Source of the DNA: Thermoanaerobaculia bacterium
GTDB taxonomy: Bacteria; Acidobacteriota; Thermoanaerobaculia; Multivoradales; JAGPDF01
Direction of reading: 5' to 3'
DNA: 64,000 nucleotides
Assembly: GCA_046331385.1 (NCBI GenBank)
Contig: JAXLQW010000001.1
Coordinates: forward strand, 384,188-448,187
Shown here: one piece after another, positions 28,954 to 39,114 of the stretch
Layout of the letters: each line of letters opens with the position of its first letter
Position numbering within the stretch: the first letter of the stretch is position 1
Made by a program: the position numbers and the translations under genes
Notes under the pieces: model-generated
What the model was told of the DNA's origin: nothing
The model's input: the letters and a program-made list of their open reading frames with translations, nothing else
Database searches by the model: none

Positions 28954-30456
28954 GTGCGGCCGCGATGGCTGGGCCCACGCCTCGCCGCGCTCGCGGCCGG
29001 CGCGCTCTGGGGGGCGTGCTTCGCCAAGCTCCAGCCGCCTCTCCTGCCGTTCGTCGCCCTCGCGCCGCTCTTCCTGTTCCTCGAGCGCGACGACGCCGGC
29101 TGGCAGGGCTTCGCGCACGGCTTCGGCGCTTGGGCGGTCGGTCTATGGTGGATCGCGCCGACGCTCGCCATCTACGGCGACTTGCCCTGGTACCTGGCGC
29201 TCGCGGGGCTCGCGCTGCTGGCGGCGATCCTGGCTCTCTACACCGCGGCCTTCGCGCTCGCCGGACGCCGCTTCTGGCGTCGCGGCGGCTGGGTCGCCTG
29301 GGCCGCGTCGCCGGCGCTCTGGGTGCTGCTCGAGTGGTTGCGCGAGCGGCTGCTGACCGGGTTTCCCTGGAATCAGGCGGCCTACGCCTGGACCGATTTC
29401 CCCGGCGCGCTGGCGCTCGCGGCCTGGATCGGCGCCGCCGGCGTTTCGTGGATCGGAGTCTTGCCGGCGCTCGGCGTGGCGCTCTCGATCCGCCGGCGGA
29501 GCATCTCGCCGGCCGCGGTGGCGATCCTGGTCGCTCTGCTCGCCTTCGCCCTCGGCGACCGGTTCGCGGCGCCGCGTCCGGCCCGCATGGCCGAGCCACG
29601 GGCGGTGCGCATCGTCCAGCCGAACACCCCGGACCGCCCGCTCTACGACGCCGAAGCGTCGGCCAGGGACTATCTACGGCTGCTGCGCATGTCGAGCGAA
29701 GCCTGCGCCCCCGGTGCGCTCGTCGTCTGGCCCGAGAGCGCCGCCTGGCCCGCGGCCTGGGAAGAGGACCCGAACCTGCGCGCCGACGTGGCCAAGCTGC
29801 TCGATCGCGGTTGTGCGGTGTTGCTCAACTCGCCGCGCTCGGCGGGCGAGCGGGTCTTCAATTCGCTCTACCTGCTGAGCGCGGGATCGCTGCCGGAGAT
29901 CGCCGACAAGCGGCACCTGGTGCCGTTCGGCGAGTACGTGCCGCTCGGTCGTGCCATCCCGTGGCTCGGCAAGCTGGCGCGCAACGCGGGCGATTTCTCG
30001 GCGGCCGAGGAGATCCGCCTCCTGCCCTGGCGCGGCGAGAGCCTGGCGCCAGCGGTCTGCTACGAGGTCGTCTTCGCGTCGGAGGTGGCGGCGGCGGTAC
30101 GCGCCGGCGCGACGGCGATCGTCACCGTCACCAACGACGGCTGGTACGGCGACACCGCCGCCCCTTGGCAGCACTTCCGCGCCGCCCGTTTCCGCGCCGC
30201 CGAGTCCCACCGCTGGCTGCTGCGGGCGGCGATCACCGGGGTCTCGGGAGTCATCGGCCCCGACGGGGCGGTGGTCGGCCAGATCGGGGTGGGCGAGTCG
30301 GGCGTGCTCTACGCCACCTTCGAAGGCCGCCGGGAGCTGACCCCCTTCGTGCGCGCCCCCTGGGTCGTCCCGGCCATGGCGCTCCTCCTCGTCACCGTGG
30401 CGGAGGTCGACGCGCGATGGCGGCGGCGGCCGGCGGTGAGCCCGCCGCCGGCCTGA
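28954..30456 (+). CDS. lnt: Apolipoprotein N-acyltransferase
   Basis: TGFPW, IVQPN, VVWPESA, DKRHLVPFGEYVP, VCYEVVF, TNDGWYG, RAAITGVS. Confidence 0.93.
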   Translation: MRPRWLGPRLAALAAGALWGACFAKLQPPLLPFVALAPLFLFLERDDAGWQGFAHGFGAWAVGLWWIAPTLAIYGDLPWYLALAGLALLAAILALYTAAFALAGRRFWRRGGWVAWAASPALWVLLEWLRERLLTGFPWNQAAYAWTDFPGALALAAWIGAAGVSWIGVLPALGVALSIRRRSISPAAVAILVALLAFALGDRFAAPRPARMAEPRAVRIVQPNTPDRPLYDAEASARDYLRLLRMSSEACAPGALVVWPESAAWPAAWEEDPNLRADVAKLLDRGCAVLLNSPRSAGERVFNSLYLLSAGSLPEIADKRHLVPFGEYVPLGRAIPWLGKLARNAGDFSAAEEIRLLPWRGESLAPAVCYEVVFASEVAAAVRAGATAIVTVTNDGWYGDTAAPWQHFRAARFRAAESHRWLLRAAITGVSGVIGPDGAVVGQIGVGESGVLYATFEGRRELTPFVRAPWVVPAMALLLVTVAEVDARWRRRPAVSPPPA

Positions 30457-30502
30457 GACGGGCCGCGCGCTGCGCTAGAGTTCGCCCCTGCCCTGCGCCG
30501 CC

Positions 30503-32632
30503 GTGGCCTACCGCTTCGATCGCTTCGAGCTCGATCCTGACGCGGCGGTTCTCCGTCGCGACGGCGAGCCCGTCGAGGTTCAGCCCAAGGTGCTGGACTT
30601 GCTCGTCCTGGCGGTCGAGAACGCCGGCCGTCTGCTGACCAAGGAAGAGCTGATGCAGCGCCTCTGGCCGGGAGTCTTCGTCGGCGAGGAATCGCTCACC
30701 CAGGTGATCCGCAAGGCTCGCCTGGCGCTCGGCGACGACACGCAGAGTCCGCGATTCATCCAGACCGTGCCGCGGCGGGGATACCGCTTCATCGCCGCGG
30801 CGCAGACGATCGAGAGCTCGCCGCCGTCGCCGGCGAGCGCGCTGGCGGCGAGCGCGCCGACGCTTCCGATCGGCGGCTCGGCGGTGGTCCCGGTGAGCGC
30901 CGGGTCGGGCGCGCGGCGCGGGATCGCCCTGCCGCTGATCGCCGCCGGGGCGCTGGCGGTCCTGCTCAGCGCCGCCGTCGTGATGCTGCAGCGGGCGACC
31001 CGGGAGAGAGCCTTCGAGCCGAGCCCTTTCGGTCGCGAGCGCCGCCTGACCGATTCGCCGGAGCGCGAGAGCGATCCGGCGCTCGCCCCGGCCGCCGATC
31101 GCTATGCCTTCGTGCGCCCGACCGCCGACGGCGATCTCGACCTGTTCGTCGCCAGTCTCGATGGCCCGGCCTCACGGCTCACCGCGACGCGCGCCGTCGA
31201 GTCGGCTCCCAGTTTCTCTCCCGACGGTCAGACGATCCTCTTCACCCGCGCCGACGCTGGCGTGAGCGACCTCTGGGAGATCCCGGTGCGAGGCGGCCCG
31301 GGCGAGCGCGTCGTCGCGGACGCGATTTTCGGCGTGTTCTCTCCCGATGGCGGGCGAATCGCCTTCCTCCGGTCGCAGCCCGACGGGCGCAGCGAGGTGC
31401 GGGCGCTCGCGACCGGCGGCGGCGTGGACTCGTCGATCTGGACGCTTGCGGAACCGGTTTCGGCGCTCGCCTGGTCGCCCGACGGCACGCGGCTCGCGGC
31501 GGTCGCCGGCGACCACGTCCTGCTTGGCGCGGCGGCTCCCGGCGCGCGGCCCCAGGTGCTTCCTGCGCGGGCGGAGTACGTTCGCTCGCTGGTCTTCGAC
31601 AGCACCGGCGAGGCGCTGGTCGTCGACGGCAGCTGGGGCGGTCCGTCGACCTCCGGGGCCCTCTGGCGGCTGGCGCTCGACGGCGGCGCACCGACGCCGC
31701 TGGTGCACGGATCGGGGGCGATCTACAACCCGTCGTTGGCGCGCGACGGCCGGCGCCTGCTCTACGTCGCCGAGCACAAGGTGCGACAGATCTGGCGCTT
31801 CGACGGCGAGCTGAAGCCGGTGGGCGCGTTGTCGCTGCCGATCGGTATCGAGTGCTTCGACGTCTCTCCGGACGGCCGCCAGCTGTCGGCGACCGATTGG
31901 GTGGCGCCACCCGACGGCGGGACGCTGGCGCTGGTCGACCTGGAAAGCGGGGCGGAGGTGGGGCTCGGATCGGGGCTCTGCCCGGCCTTCTCTCCCGACG
32001 GTCGCCGACTCGCCTACCTCGGGCACGGCGAGGACGATCGGGGTCTGTGGGTGCTCGACCTGGCGTCGCGCGCGCGCTGGCGAATCGCGCCAGATGGGGG
32101 AGGGGTGGGGCTCTCCGAACGCAACGCCGCGCGCCGGCCCGCCTGGTCGGCCGACGGTGGCCGGCTGGCCTACGAAGCCAACGGGCTGCCCGAGGGCAGC
32201 GGCGTGGCGGTGGTGGAGATCGCGAGCGGCGAGCGCCAACTGGTGGCGCCGGAGGTCTTCGGCAATCTCGCCTGGTCGCCCGACGGTCGCTGGATCGCCG
32301 CCTCGGGCACCGGCGTCGAGAGCGGTTTCGCGCGCATCGACGTGGCGACCGGCGAGGTTCGCCGCCTGGCGGCCGGCGGCGCCTACCGCGCGAGCGCCAT
32401 CTGGCTCGATTCGGGCGCCGTGGCCGTCGTGGTCGACCAGCAACGCGCGCCGGCGCAGCTGATCGTCGATGCCGCGACTCTCGAACCGCGCGCGCGCCGG
32501 CCGTTCACCGTCCCCCTCGACGCCAGCTTCTGGGGGATCTTCGAAGCGCAGCCGGACCGGCGGGGCGGATGGCTGGTGGTGGTGGAGCGCTACGAGAGCG
32601 ATCTCTACCTCGCCGAGCGCGGCGGGGGCTGA
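30503..32632 (+). CDS. CadC/ToxR-like winged-helix regulator fused via a TM to TolB-like (PD40) beta-propellers
   Basis: YRFDRFELD...FIQTVPRRGYRF, a hydrophobic segment, repeated xSPDG motifs. Confidence 0.85.
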   Translation: MAYRFDRFELDPDAAVLRRDGEPVEVQPKVLDLLVLAVENAGRLLTKEELMQRLWPGVFVGEESLTQVIRKARLALGDDTQSPRFIQTVPRRGYRFIAAAQTIESSPPSPASALAASAPTLPIGGSAVVPVSAGSGARRGIALPLIAAGALAVLLSAAVVMLQRATRERAFEPSPFGRERRLTDSPERESDPALAPAADRYAFVRPTADGDLDLFVASLDGPASRLTATRAVESAPSFSPDGQTILFTRADAGVSDLWEIPVRGGPGERVVADAIFGVFSPDGGRIAFLRSQPDGRSEVRALATGGGVDSSIWTLAEPVSALAWSPDGTRLAAVAGDHVLLGAAAPGARPQVLPARAEYVRSLVFDSTGEALVVDGSWGGPSTSGALWRLALDGGAPTPLVHGSGAIYNPSLARDGRRLLYVAEHKVRQIWRFDGELKPVGALSLPIGIECFDVSPDGRQLSATDWVAPPDGGTLALVDLESGAEVGLGSGLCPAFSPDGRRLAYLGHGEDDRGLWVLDLASRARWRIAPDGGGVGLSERNAARRPAWSADGGRLAYEANGLPEGSGVAVVEIASGERQLVAPEVFGNLAWSPDGRWIAASGTGVESGFARIDVATGEVRRLAAGGAYRASAIWLDSGAVAVVVDQQRAPAQLIVDAATLEPRARRPFTVPLDASFWGIFEAQPDRRGGWLVVVERYESDLYLAERGGG

Positions 32633-32665
32633 GCCCGAGCCTCCTCTGGTATCCTCGCTCTCGCC

Positions 32666-33791
32666 ATGCTCGCGCCGGAAATGCAGCAACGCCTCGACCG
32701 ATTGGGCGAACAGCTCGCCCAGATCCGGGGGTATCTTTGAGGCCGCCGGCGTCGAAGACCAGCTGAAAGACATCGACCGTCAGATGGAGATGCCCGGCTT
32801 CTGGGACAAGCCGGCCGAGAGCGCCGTCGTGCTGCAGAAACGGCGCGCCATCGAACGCCAAGTCGAGACCCTACGGCGCTTCCGCGCCGACGCCGACGAG
32901 CTCGCCGCCTGGCGCGAGCTGCTGGCCGAGAGCTCCGGCGAGGTCGACGCCGACGCGGTCGCCTTCAGCGAGCGTCTCGCCCGCGATCTCGCGGAGCTCG
33001 AGCTGCGAATCAAGCTCTCCGGCCCGGACGACGACAAGAACGCCATCCTGTCGATCAACTCCGGCGCCGGCGGCACCGAGTCCCAGGACTGGGCCGAGAT
33101 GCTGCTGCGCATGTACGTGCGCTGGGCGGAGAAGCGCGGCTTCGACCTCGAGCTGCTCGACCGCCAGGACGGCGAGGAGGCGGGCATCAAGAGCGCCACG
33201 GTGGCGATCCGCGGGTCCTACGCCTTTGGCTACCTGCAGAGCGAGAGCGGCGTCCATCGCCTGGTGCGCATCAGCCCGTACGACGCCGCGGCGCGCCGCC
33301 ACACCTCGTTCGCCTCGGTCTACGTCGTGCCCGAGGTCGACGACACGATCCACATCGACGTCGCCGACAAGGACCTGCGCATCGACGTCTACCGCTCGTC
33401 CGGGGCTGGTGGCCAGCACGTGAACCGCACCGAGTCGGCGGTGCGCATCACCCACCTGCCGACCGGCATCGTCGTCGCCTGCCAGAACGAACGCAGCCAG
33501 ATCAAGAACCGCGCCACGGCGATGAAGGTCCTGCGCTCGCGGCTCTACGACCTCGAGATGAAGAAGCGCCGCGAGGCGCAGGACAAGCTCGAGGGCGAGA
33601 AGATGGACATCGCCTGGGGGAGCCAGATCCGGAGCTACGTCCTCCACCCCTACCGCATGGTCAAGGACCACCGCACCGGCGAGACGGTCGGCGACGCCCC
33701 CGGCGTGCTCGACGGCGATCTCGATCCGTTCATCGAGGCCTTCCTCAAGGGCAAGATCGCCGGCCCCGAGGAGCGCGAGGAAGCGGTCTGA
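32666..33791 (+). CDS. prfB: Peptide chain release factor 2 with programmed +1 frameshift
   Basis: ORF1 MLAPEMQQ...RGYL ends at CTT TGA (32735-32740) after GGGGG internal SD; the +1 frame has GAGGTESQDWAEML, SPY tripeptide, GAGGQHVN, WGSQIRSY. Confidence 0.95.
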
Positions 33792-33823
33792 TGGGCGCCC
33801 CGCGGCTCTTATAGGCTCGACCG

Positions 33824-34459
33824 ATCACGCGCCCGTCGACGCCTCATCCCTTCCCTCGCCTCCGCTGGCTCGCGCCGGCGTGGTTGGCAGTCTGGGTGCC
33901 GGCGTACGCCTGGGCCTACGGCTGGACCAACTTCCTCTTCCTCTGCAATCTCGGGGTGATGATCACCGCGATCGCCCTCTGGCGCGGCAGCGCTCTCCTG
34001 CTGTCGACCCAAGCGGTCGCCGCGCTGTGGATCTCGGCCGCGTGGCTGCTCGACTTCTCTTGGCGCCTGCTGCTCGGACATCATCTCTTCGGCGCCACGG
34101 CCTATATGTTCGAGGCCAAGTACCCGCTCTTCACCCGCATGCTGTCGCTCTACCACGTCGCCTGGCCGATCCTGCTCGCCTACTGCCTCTCGGTGGTCGG
34201 CTATCGGCGCGCCGCCTGGGCGCTGCAGGCGGCGATCGCGGCGGCGGCGATCGTCGTCTGTCGTCTCTTCACGTCGCCGGCGGCGAACATCAACTACGCC
34301 TTCCGCGAACCGTTCCTCGGCAAGCAGCTTGCCCCGGGAGCGCTGCACGTGGTGGCATTGATCGTGACCCTCGGCCTCGGCGTCTACGGTCTCGCGCACC
34401 TGATCCTGCGCGCCGGATTCGAGCGCGCCGCGCCGGCGCCGGAGCGCGCGACCACGTGA
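33824..34459 (+). CDS. Integral membrane protein, start uncertain
   Basis: Multi-TM frame (FPRLRWLAPAWLAVWVPAY...NFLFLCN...SLYHVAWP...NINYAF); open from 33815; first canonical start is TTG 33884, ATC at 33824 is a candidate. Confidence 0.7.
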   Translation: MTRPSTPHPFPRLRWLAPAWLAVWVPAYAWAYGWTNFLFLCNLGVMITAIALWRGSALLLSTQAVAALWISAAWLLDFSWRLLLGHHLFGATAYMFEAKYPLFTRMLSLYHVAWPILLAYCLSVVGYRRAAWALQAAIAAAAIVVCRLFTSPAANINYAFREPFLGKQLAPGALHVVALIVTLGLGVYGLAHLILRAGFERAAPAPERATT

Positions 34460-35556
34460 CCGAACCGCCCGCGGTCCCCGGCGCACCCGAGGTCGAATCG
34501 CCCGGGGCGGCCGGAGAAGGCGAGCTTCCGCCGGTCGCCGCCGAGCCGGCGCCGGCCGCCGCGCCGCCGCCGCGCCGGTTCCGCCTGCCGCTGCGTCCGT
34601 TCGAGATCTACACCTTCGCGAGCACGCTGGCGATCGTCGCTTTCCTGCGCTACCACGGGCTGCGCATCGACTGGACGACGGTCGACTATTCGCTCGTGCC
34701 GATGGTCAAGGCCCTGCCGCGGATGGCGCTCGTCGGCCTCGGCCTCCAGCTCGTGGCGCACCTGGTGCGCCGGCGCAGCTTCGTCGGCTATCTGCGGCAG
34801 GTGGCGCGACCGGCGTCGCTGTGGCTCTGGGCGCGGGTCTGGTTCGCCGCCATGCTGATGACCTACAGCTACAAGTGGTTGAAGGTGTGCATTCCGCTGT
34901 TCAACTACCACCTGTTCGACGATCAGCTCTGGCGCCTCGACCGCTTCCTCCACCTCGGTGTGTCGCCGAGCATCTTCGCGGTCGAGCTGACGCGCGGCAC
35001 GCCGGTCGCCGGCTGGCTCGACACCTGGTACGGCTGGTGGATCACCTCGGTGCTGTTCGCGCTCGCCTACTTCTTCTCCTCGACCGATCTCGCGCAGCGC
35101 CGGCGGTTCGCTCTCGCCTGCGCCCTACTCTGGACGCTCGGCGCGACCACCTATGCGCTCGTGCCGGCGCTCGGCCCCTGCTACTACGCCGCGGCCGAGT
35201 TCGAGCCGGTCGCGGACCGGATGCCGAGCGCGATCGCCGGCCAGGCGGTGCTGTGGGGGAACTACACCAAGATGCTCGCCGGCCGCACCGGTCAGCTCTA
35301 CCAGTTCAATCCGGTGATGGGCGTCGCGGCGATGCCGAGCCTGCACGTCGGCGCGCACTTCCTTTTCTTCCTCTGGGCGCGGCGCTACGAGCGGCGGCTC
35401 GCCCTGCTCCTGGCGCTCGCCACCGGCCTGACGCTCTTCGCTTCGGTGCTCACCGGCTGGCACTACGCGGTCGACGGCTACGCCGGCATGCTGCTCGCCT
35501 GGATCTGCTACCGCCTCGCCCTGCGCTTCGAGCCGCCGGAGCCCGCGCCGGCATGA
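34456..35556 (+). CDS. PAP2 superfamily (AUR1/inositolphosphotransferase-like) membrane protein
   Basis: FDDQLWRLDR, LVPALGP, AAMPSLHVG, GWHYAVDG. Confidence 0.8.
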   Translation: MTEPPAVPGAPEVESPGAAGEGELPPVAAEPAPAAAPPPRRFRLPLRPFEIYTFASTLAIVAFLRYHGLRIDWTTVDYSLVPMVKALPRMALVGLGLQLVAHLVRRRSFVGYLRQVARPASLWLWARVWFAAMLMTYSYKWLKVCIPLFNYHLFDDQLWRLDRFLHLGVSPSIFAVELTRGTPVAGWLDTWYGWWITSVLFALAYFFSSTDLAQRRRFALACALLWTLGATTYALVPALGPCYYAAAEFEPVADRMPSAIAGQAVLWGNYTKMLAGRTGQLYQFNPVMGVAAMPSLHVGAHFLFFLWARRYERRLALLLALATGLTLFASVLTGWHYAVDGYAGMLLAWICYRLALRFEPPEPAPA

Positions 35557-36164
35557 GCGCGGCGCGCCGCAGCAAGTACGACGCGGCTTACTACCGCCGG
35601 TACTACCTCGACCCGCGCACCCGGGTGCTCGCGCCCGCGGAGCGCCGGCGGCGGGTGGCGGCGGTGGTGGCGCTCGCCGAGCGCTTCCTCGAACGGCCGC
35701 TCGCGACCGTGCTCGACATCGGCTGCGGAGTCGGCCTGTGGGGGAGGGAGATCCTGCGCCTGCGCCCGCGGGTCGTGTGGACCGGCGTCGAGCCCTCGGC
35801 CGCGGCACGGCGCGCGGCGGTGGTGAAGCGGCCGATCCTCGCCGGGTCGTTCGCCGACCTCGAGCGCCTCGTCGGGCGCCGGAAGGTCGACCTCGTCCTC
35901 TGCGTCGACGTCCTGCACTACCTGCCGGCGGCGACGATCGCGCGCGGCCTGCCGGCGCTCGCGCGCCGGACCGGCGGCCTCGCCTGCCTCGAAGTGCTGA
36001 CCTCCGCCGACGAGGTCGAGGGCGACCTCGCCGGCTTCCGGCGCCGCTCGCCCGCCTGGTACCGCCGCCGCTTCGCCGCCGCCGGCCTCGTCGCCTGCGG
36101 AGCGCACTGCTACCTCGGCGAGGGCGTCCGCGACACCGCCGCCGCGCTCGAGCGCTTCGACTGA
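35553..36164 (+). CDS. Class I SAM-dependent methyltransferase
   Basis: VLDIGCGVG, GVEPS, DLVLCVDVLHY. Confidence 0.85.
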   Translation: MSAARRSKYDAAYYRRYYLDPRTRVLAPAERRRRVAAVVALAERFLERPLATVLDIGCGVGLWGREILRLRPRVVWTGVEPSAAARRAAVVKRPILAGSFADLERLVGRRKVDLVLCVDVLHYLPAATIARGLPALARRTGGLACLEVLTSADEVEGDLAGFRRRSPAWYRRRFAAAGLVACGAHCYLGEGVRDTAAALERFD

Positions 36165-36196
36165 ACCCCGCGCCGCCACTGCGTAGAATCTCCCCC

Positions 36197-37774
36197 GTGC
36201 TCGCGCTCGACTATCTCTCGCCGCTGCCGCCGGTGCGCTCGGGGATCGCCGACTACAGCGTCGATCTGCTGCCGCACCTCGAGCCGCTGGTGGACCTGCG
36301 GGTGATGGCGCTGCCGGAACAGCCGATCTCTCCCGAAGTCGAGGCGCGCTGGCACCCGGTGCCGGCCGAGCGCACCGGCGAGGGCGGCCGCCTGCCGCTC
36401 TACCACATGGGCAACAACCGCTACCACGAGCCGATCTGGCGCCTGGCGCTCGAGCGGCCCGGAGTGGTGCTGCTGCACGACCTGGTCCTGCATCACTTCC
36501 TGCTCGACCGCACGGTGGGCGCGGGCGATTTCGAGGCCTACCGCGAGGCGATGACCCAAGAGCACGGGCGGATCGGCCGCGCCGCCGCGCAGCCGATCCG
36601 CTGGGGCGCCTTCGGTCGCGCGGCACAGTTCTTCCTGCCGGCGCACCGGAGCTTGCTGCGGCGCCAGCGCGGAGTCGTGGTGCATGGCGAGTGGGCGGCG
36701 GCGGTGCTCGCAGAGGAGGACCCCGAGCTCGCGGTGCGCGTCGTGCCGATGCCGATCCCCCTGCCGGCCGGAGCCGACGAGGCGGCGGGCCGGGCCTTCC
36801 GCGCCGCGCACGGCATTCCGCTCGCGGCGCCGCTCCTGGGCTCCTTCGGTTTCCAGACGCCGATCAAGCGCACCGAGGTGGCGATCGCGGCGCTGGCGCG
36901 TCCGGGTCTCGAGCAGGTGCACCTGCTGGTGGCGGGCGAGCTCTCGCCCTACGCGGGCTACGAGCGCCTGGCCGAGGAGCTCGCGGTGCGCGAGCGAGTG
37001 CACGTCACCGGCTTCCTGCCCTTCGCCGAGCTCGACGCGGCGATCGCCGCGACCGATCTGTGCCTCAACTTGCGCTATCCGTCGGCGGGCGAGACCTCGG
37101 CCTCGCTGCTGCGCATCCTCGCGGTCGGCCGACCGGTGGTGGTGTCGCAGTACGCCGACCTCGGCGACCTGCCGCCCGATGTCGCGCTGGTGATCGCGCC
37201 CGGCGAGGCGGAGGCCGACGAGCTCGCCGCGGCGCTCGACCGGCTCTTTCACCACCCCGAGTCGCTGCGCGCGATGGGAGCGCGCGCCCGCGCCCACGTG
37301 GAGCGCGAGCACGATCCGGCGCGCGCCGCCCGGCTCCTGGTCGAGCGCCTCGGCGAGCTCGCCCACCTCGCTGCCCCGGGCGACGCGGCGCCGCGCGAGG
37401 TCTCGCGCACCAGCGCGCTCGTCGCCGATCTGCCGGGGGCGATCGAGATCGGCGGTCTCTCCGGCTGGCGTCCGGGAGAGCGCCGGTGCCTCGACGTCAC
37501 GGTCGAGAACCGCAGCGACTGCCGCTGGCTGGCGAGCCACGTCCTGCCGGGCGGAGTGATCTTCGAAGTCCAGCTCTGGTCGGAAGGCCGAGACCTCTTC
37601 CTGGGACGGCCGTGGTTGAAGTTGCCCGAGGACCTGCCGCCGGGCGAGAGTCACCGCTTCGCTCTGGAGATTCGCCGGCCGATCGCCGAGGCCCGCCTGC
37701 TGGTCAAGCCGACGGTGCAATGGACCGACGGGCACCGCCCATTCGCCTCCTGGGAGTGGGACCGATGGCTCTGA
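36197..37774 (+). CDS. GT4 glycosyltransferase with C-terminal Ig-like extension
   Basis: SPLPPVRSGIADYS, YHMGNN, LHDLVLHH, NLRYPSAGETSASL; GTG start. Confidence 0.85.
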   Translation: MLALDYLSPLPPVRSGIADYSVDLLPHLEPLVDLRVMALPEQPISPEVEARWHPVPAERTGEGGRLPLYHMGNNRYHEPIWRLALERPGVVLLHDLVLHHFLLDRTVGAGDFEAYREAMTQEHGRIGRAAAQPIRWGAFGRAAQFFLPAHRSLLRRQRGVVVHGEWAAAVLAEEDPELAVRVVPMPIPLPAGADEAAGRAFRAAHGIPLAAPLLGSFGFQTPIKRTEVAIAALARPGLEQVHLLVAGELSPYAGYERLAEELAVRERVHVTGFLPFAELDAAIAATDLCLNLRYPSAGETSASLLRILAVGRPVVVSQYADLGDLPPDVALVIAPGEAEADELAAALDRLFHHPESLRAMGARARAHVEREHDPARAARLLVERLGELAHLAAPGDAAPREVSRTSALVADLPGAIEIGGLSGWRPGERRCLDVTVENRSDCRWLASHVLPGGVIFEVQLWSEGRDLFLGRPWLKLPEDLPPGESHRFALEIRRPIAEARLLVKPTVQWTDGHRPFASWEWDRWL

Positions 37775-39114
37775 GCCCGGCCCTCGGAGCGACGCTGCCG
37801 AGCGTGGCGGGGGCGCTTCTCCTCGCGGTGGCCGCGGCGCTCGCGTGGCGGGCGCAACGCCGGAACATGGGCGGGCGCGACGCGGCGGTCTGGATCGGCG
37901 CCTCGACCCTCGGCTCGGCGCTGCCCTGGATCGCCACCGGTTCGCTGACGAGCGCCGTGGCGGTCGCGGGCGTGGCGGTGGCCGGGACGCTGCTCTGGGG
38001 ACAGGGCGGGCGGCCGGCGGTCGCCGGCGAGGAGATCTACTCCGGACCGCTGCCGGGCGAGAGCGGCCCGTGGCGGTACGTCGCGGTCGGCGCCGGCCTC
38101 GGCTGCGCCGTCGCCACCGGCTTCGCCTGTCTGCCGCTGGTCGCTCCGGCGATCGCGGCATTGCCGCCCCACCGCCGCCGAAGGGCCGCGGCGGCCCTGG
38201 CGCTCGGCCTCGCGGCGGTGGTCCTTGCCGGCGCGACGCTCTTCGACGGGTTGTGGGATCCGCCGCGGACCGCGTTCTCGCCGGCGCTCTTCCTGTGGGC
38301 GACGGTAGACCTCTGGGTCGGCCGCGGTCTCGGGCTGCTGATCTTCTTCCTGCCTTTCGCGCTCGCGCTCGGATCGAGCGCTCGAGGCGGCGAGCGCCGC
38401 GGCCTCCTGACCGCGGTCGCCGCGGCGCTCGCGATCCGGGTGCTGGCCTATCCCTTCGACCTCGGGGGCGCGGCCGATCTGCAGGGCAACGCCGCGTTCG
38501 CGCCACTCGCCGCTGCGCTCTGGTTCGCCCCGGCGCGGCCGCTCGGGCGCTGGTTGCCGCTCGGCGCGCTCGTCGTCGCGCTGCCGCTCGTCCTGCCGAG
38601 CGCGCTCGCCTCGTTCGGCGCCCCGCCGCTGCCGCGCGCGATCGCCGCGCCGATCGACCGCGCGCTCGCCTGGCTGCCGATCCCGACCACCCAGGCCGCG
38701 CCGCCGGCGACCGTCGGCTACGAGCGCGACGGCGCTCGCTGGCTGGGGGCGACTCCCGAGGTCGCGCTCGCGCGGCCGAGCGACATGTCGATCGCCGGTG
38801 GGCGATGGGGGGAGCTGGCGCTGCTCGCGCCGGGAGCGCTCTCCTCGCTCCGCCTCGCCTTCGAGCCGAGCACCCCGGCGACGGTCGAGCTGCGGGGCGG
38901 CGAGCTCGGCAACACCACCTTCCGTCCGAGCGGCGAAGAGGCGATCGACCTGCGCCTCGGCGCGCCGGCGCGCCGTCATCCGGTGGCGTGGAGCGCGGCG
39001 CCGGTCGCGGTCTACCGGCTGTCGCTGCGCGTCGGCACGAGCGAGGGGCGGCGCTATCGATTCGCCCCGGACCTGCTGCGCGCCGCGGTTCCGGCCGCCG
39101 GGGAGTCGCGATGA
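37765..39114 (+). CDS. Multi-pass membrane hypothetical protein
   Basis: Many hydrophobic helices then a soluble C-terminal domain; overlaps neighbours at both ends. Confidence 0.6.
   Translation: MALSPALGATLPSVAGALLLAVAAALAWRAQRRNMGGRDAAVWIGASTLGSALPWIATGSLTSAVAVAGVAVAGTLLWGQGGRPAVAGEEIYSGPLPGESGPWRYVAVGAGLGCAVATGFACLPLVAPAIAALPPHRRRRAAAALALGLAAVVLAGATLFDGLWDPPRTAFSPALFLWATVDLWVGRGLGLLIFFLPFALALGSSARGGERRGLLTAVAAALAIRVLAYPFDLGGAADLQGNAAFAPLAAALWFAPARPLGRWLPLGALVVALPLVLPSALASFGAPPLPRAIAAPIDRALAWLPIPTTQAAPPATVGYERDGARWLGATPEVALARPSDMSIAGGRWGELALLAPGALSSLRLAFEPSTPATVELRGGELGNTTFRPSGEEAIDLRLGAPARRHPVAWSAAPVAVYRLSLRVGTSEGRRYRFAPDLLRAAVPAAGESR

Noticed and set aside
32469-32665. Extended N-terminus of prfB given in the ORF track
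   Set aside because: Artefact of ignoring the programmed frameshift; the true start is ATG 32666 in another frame
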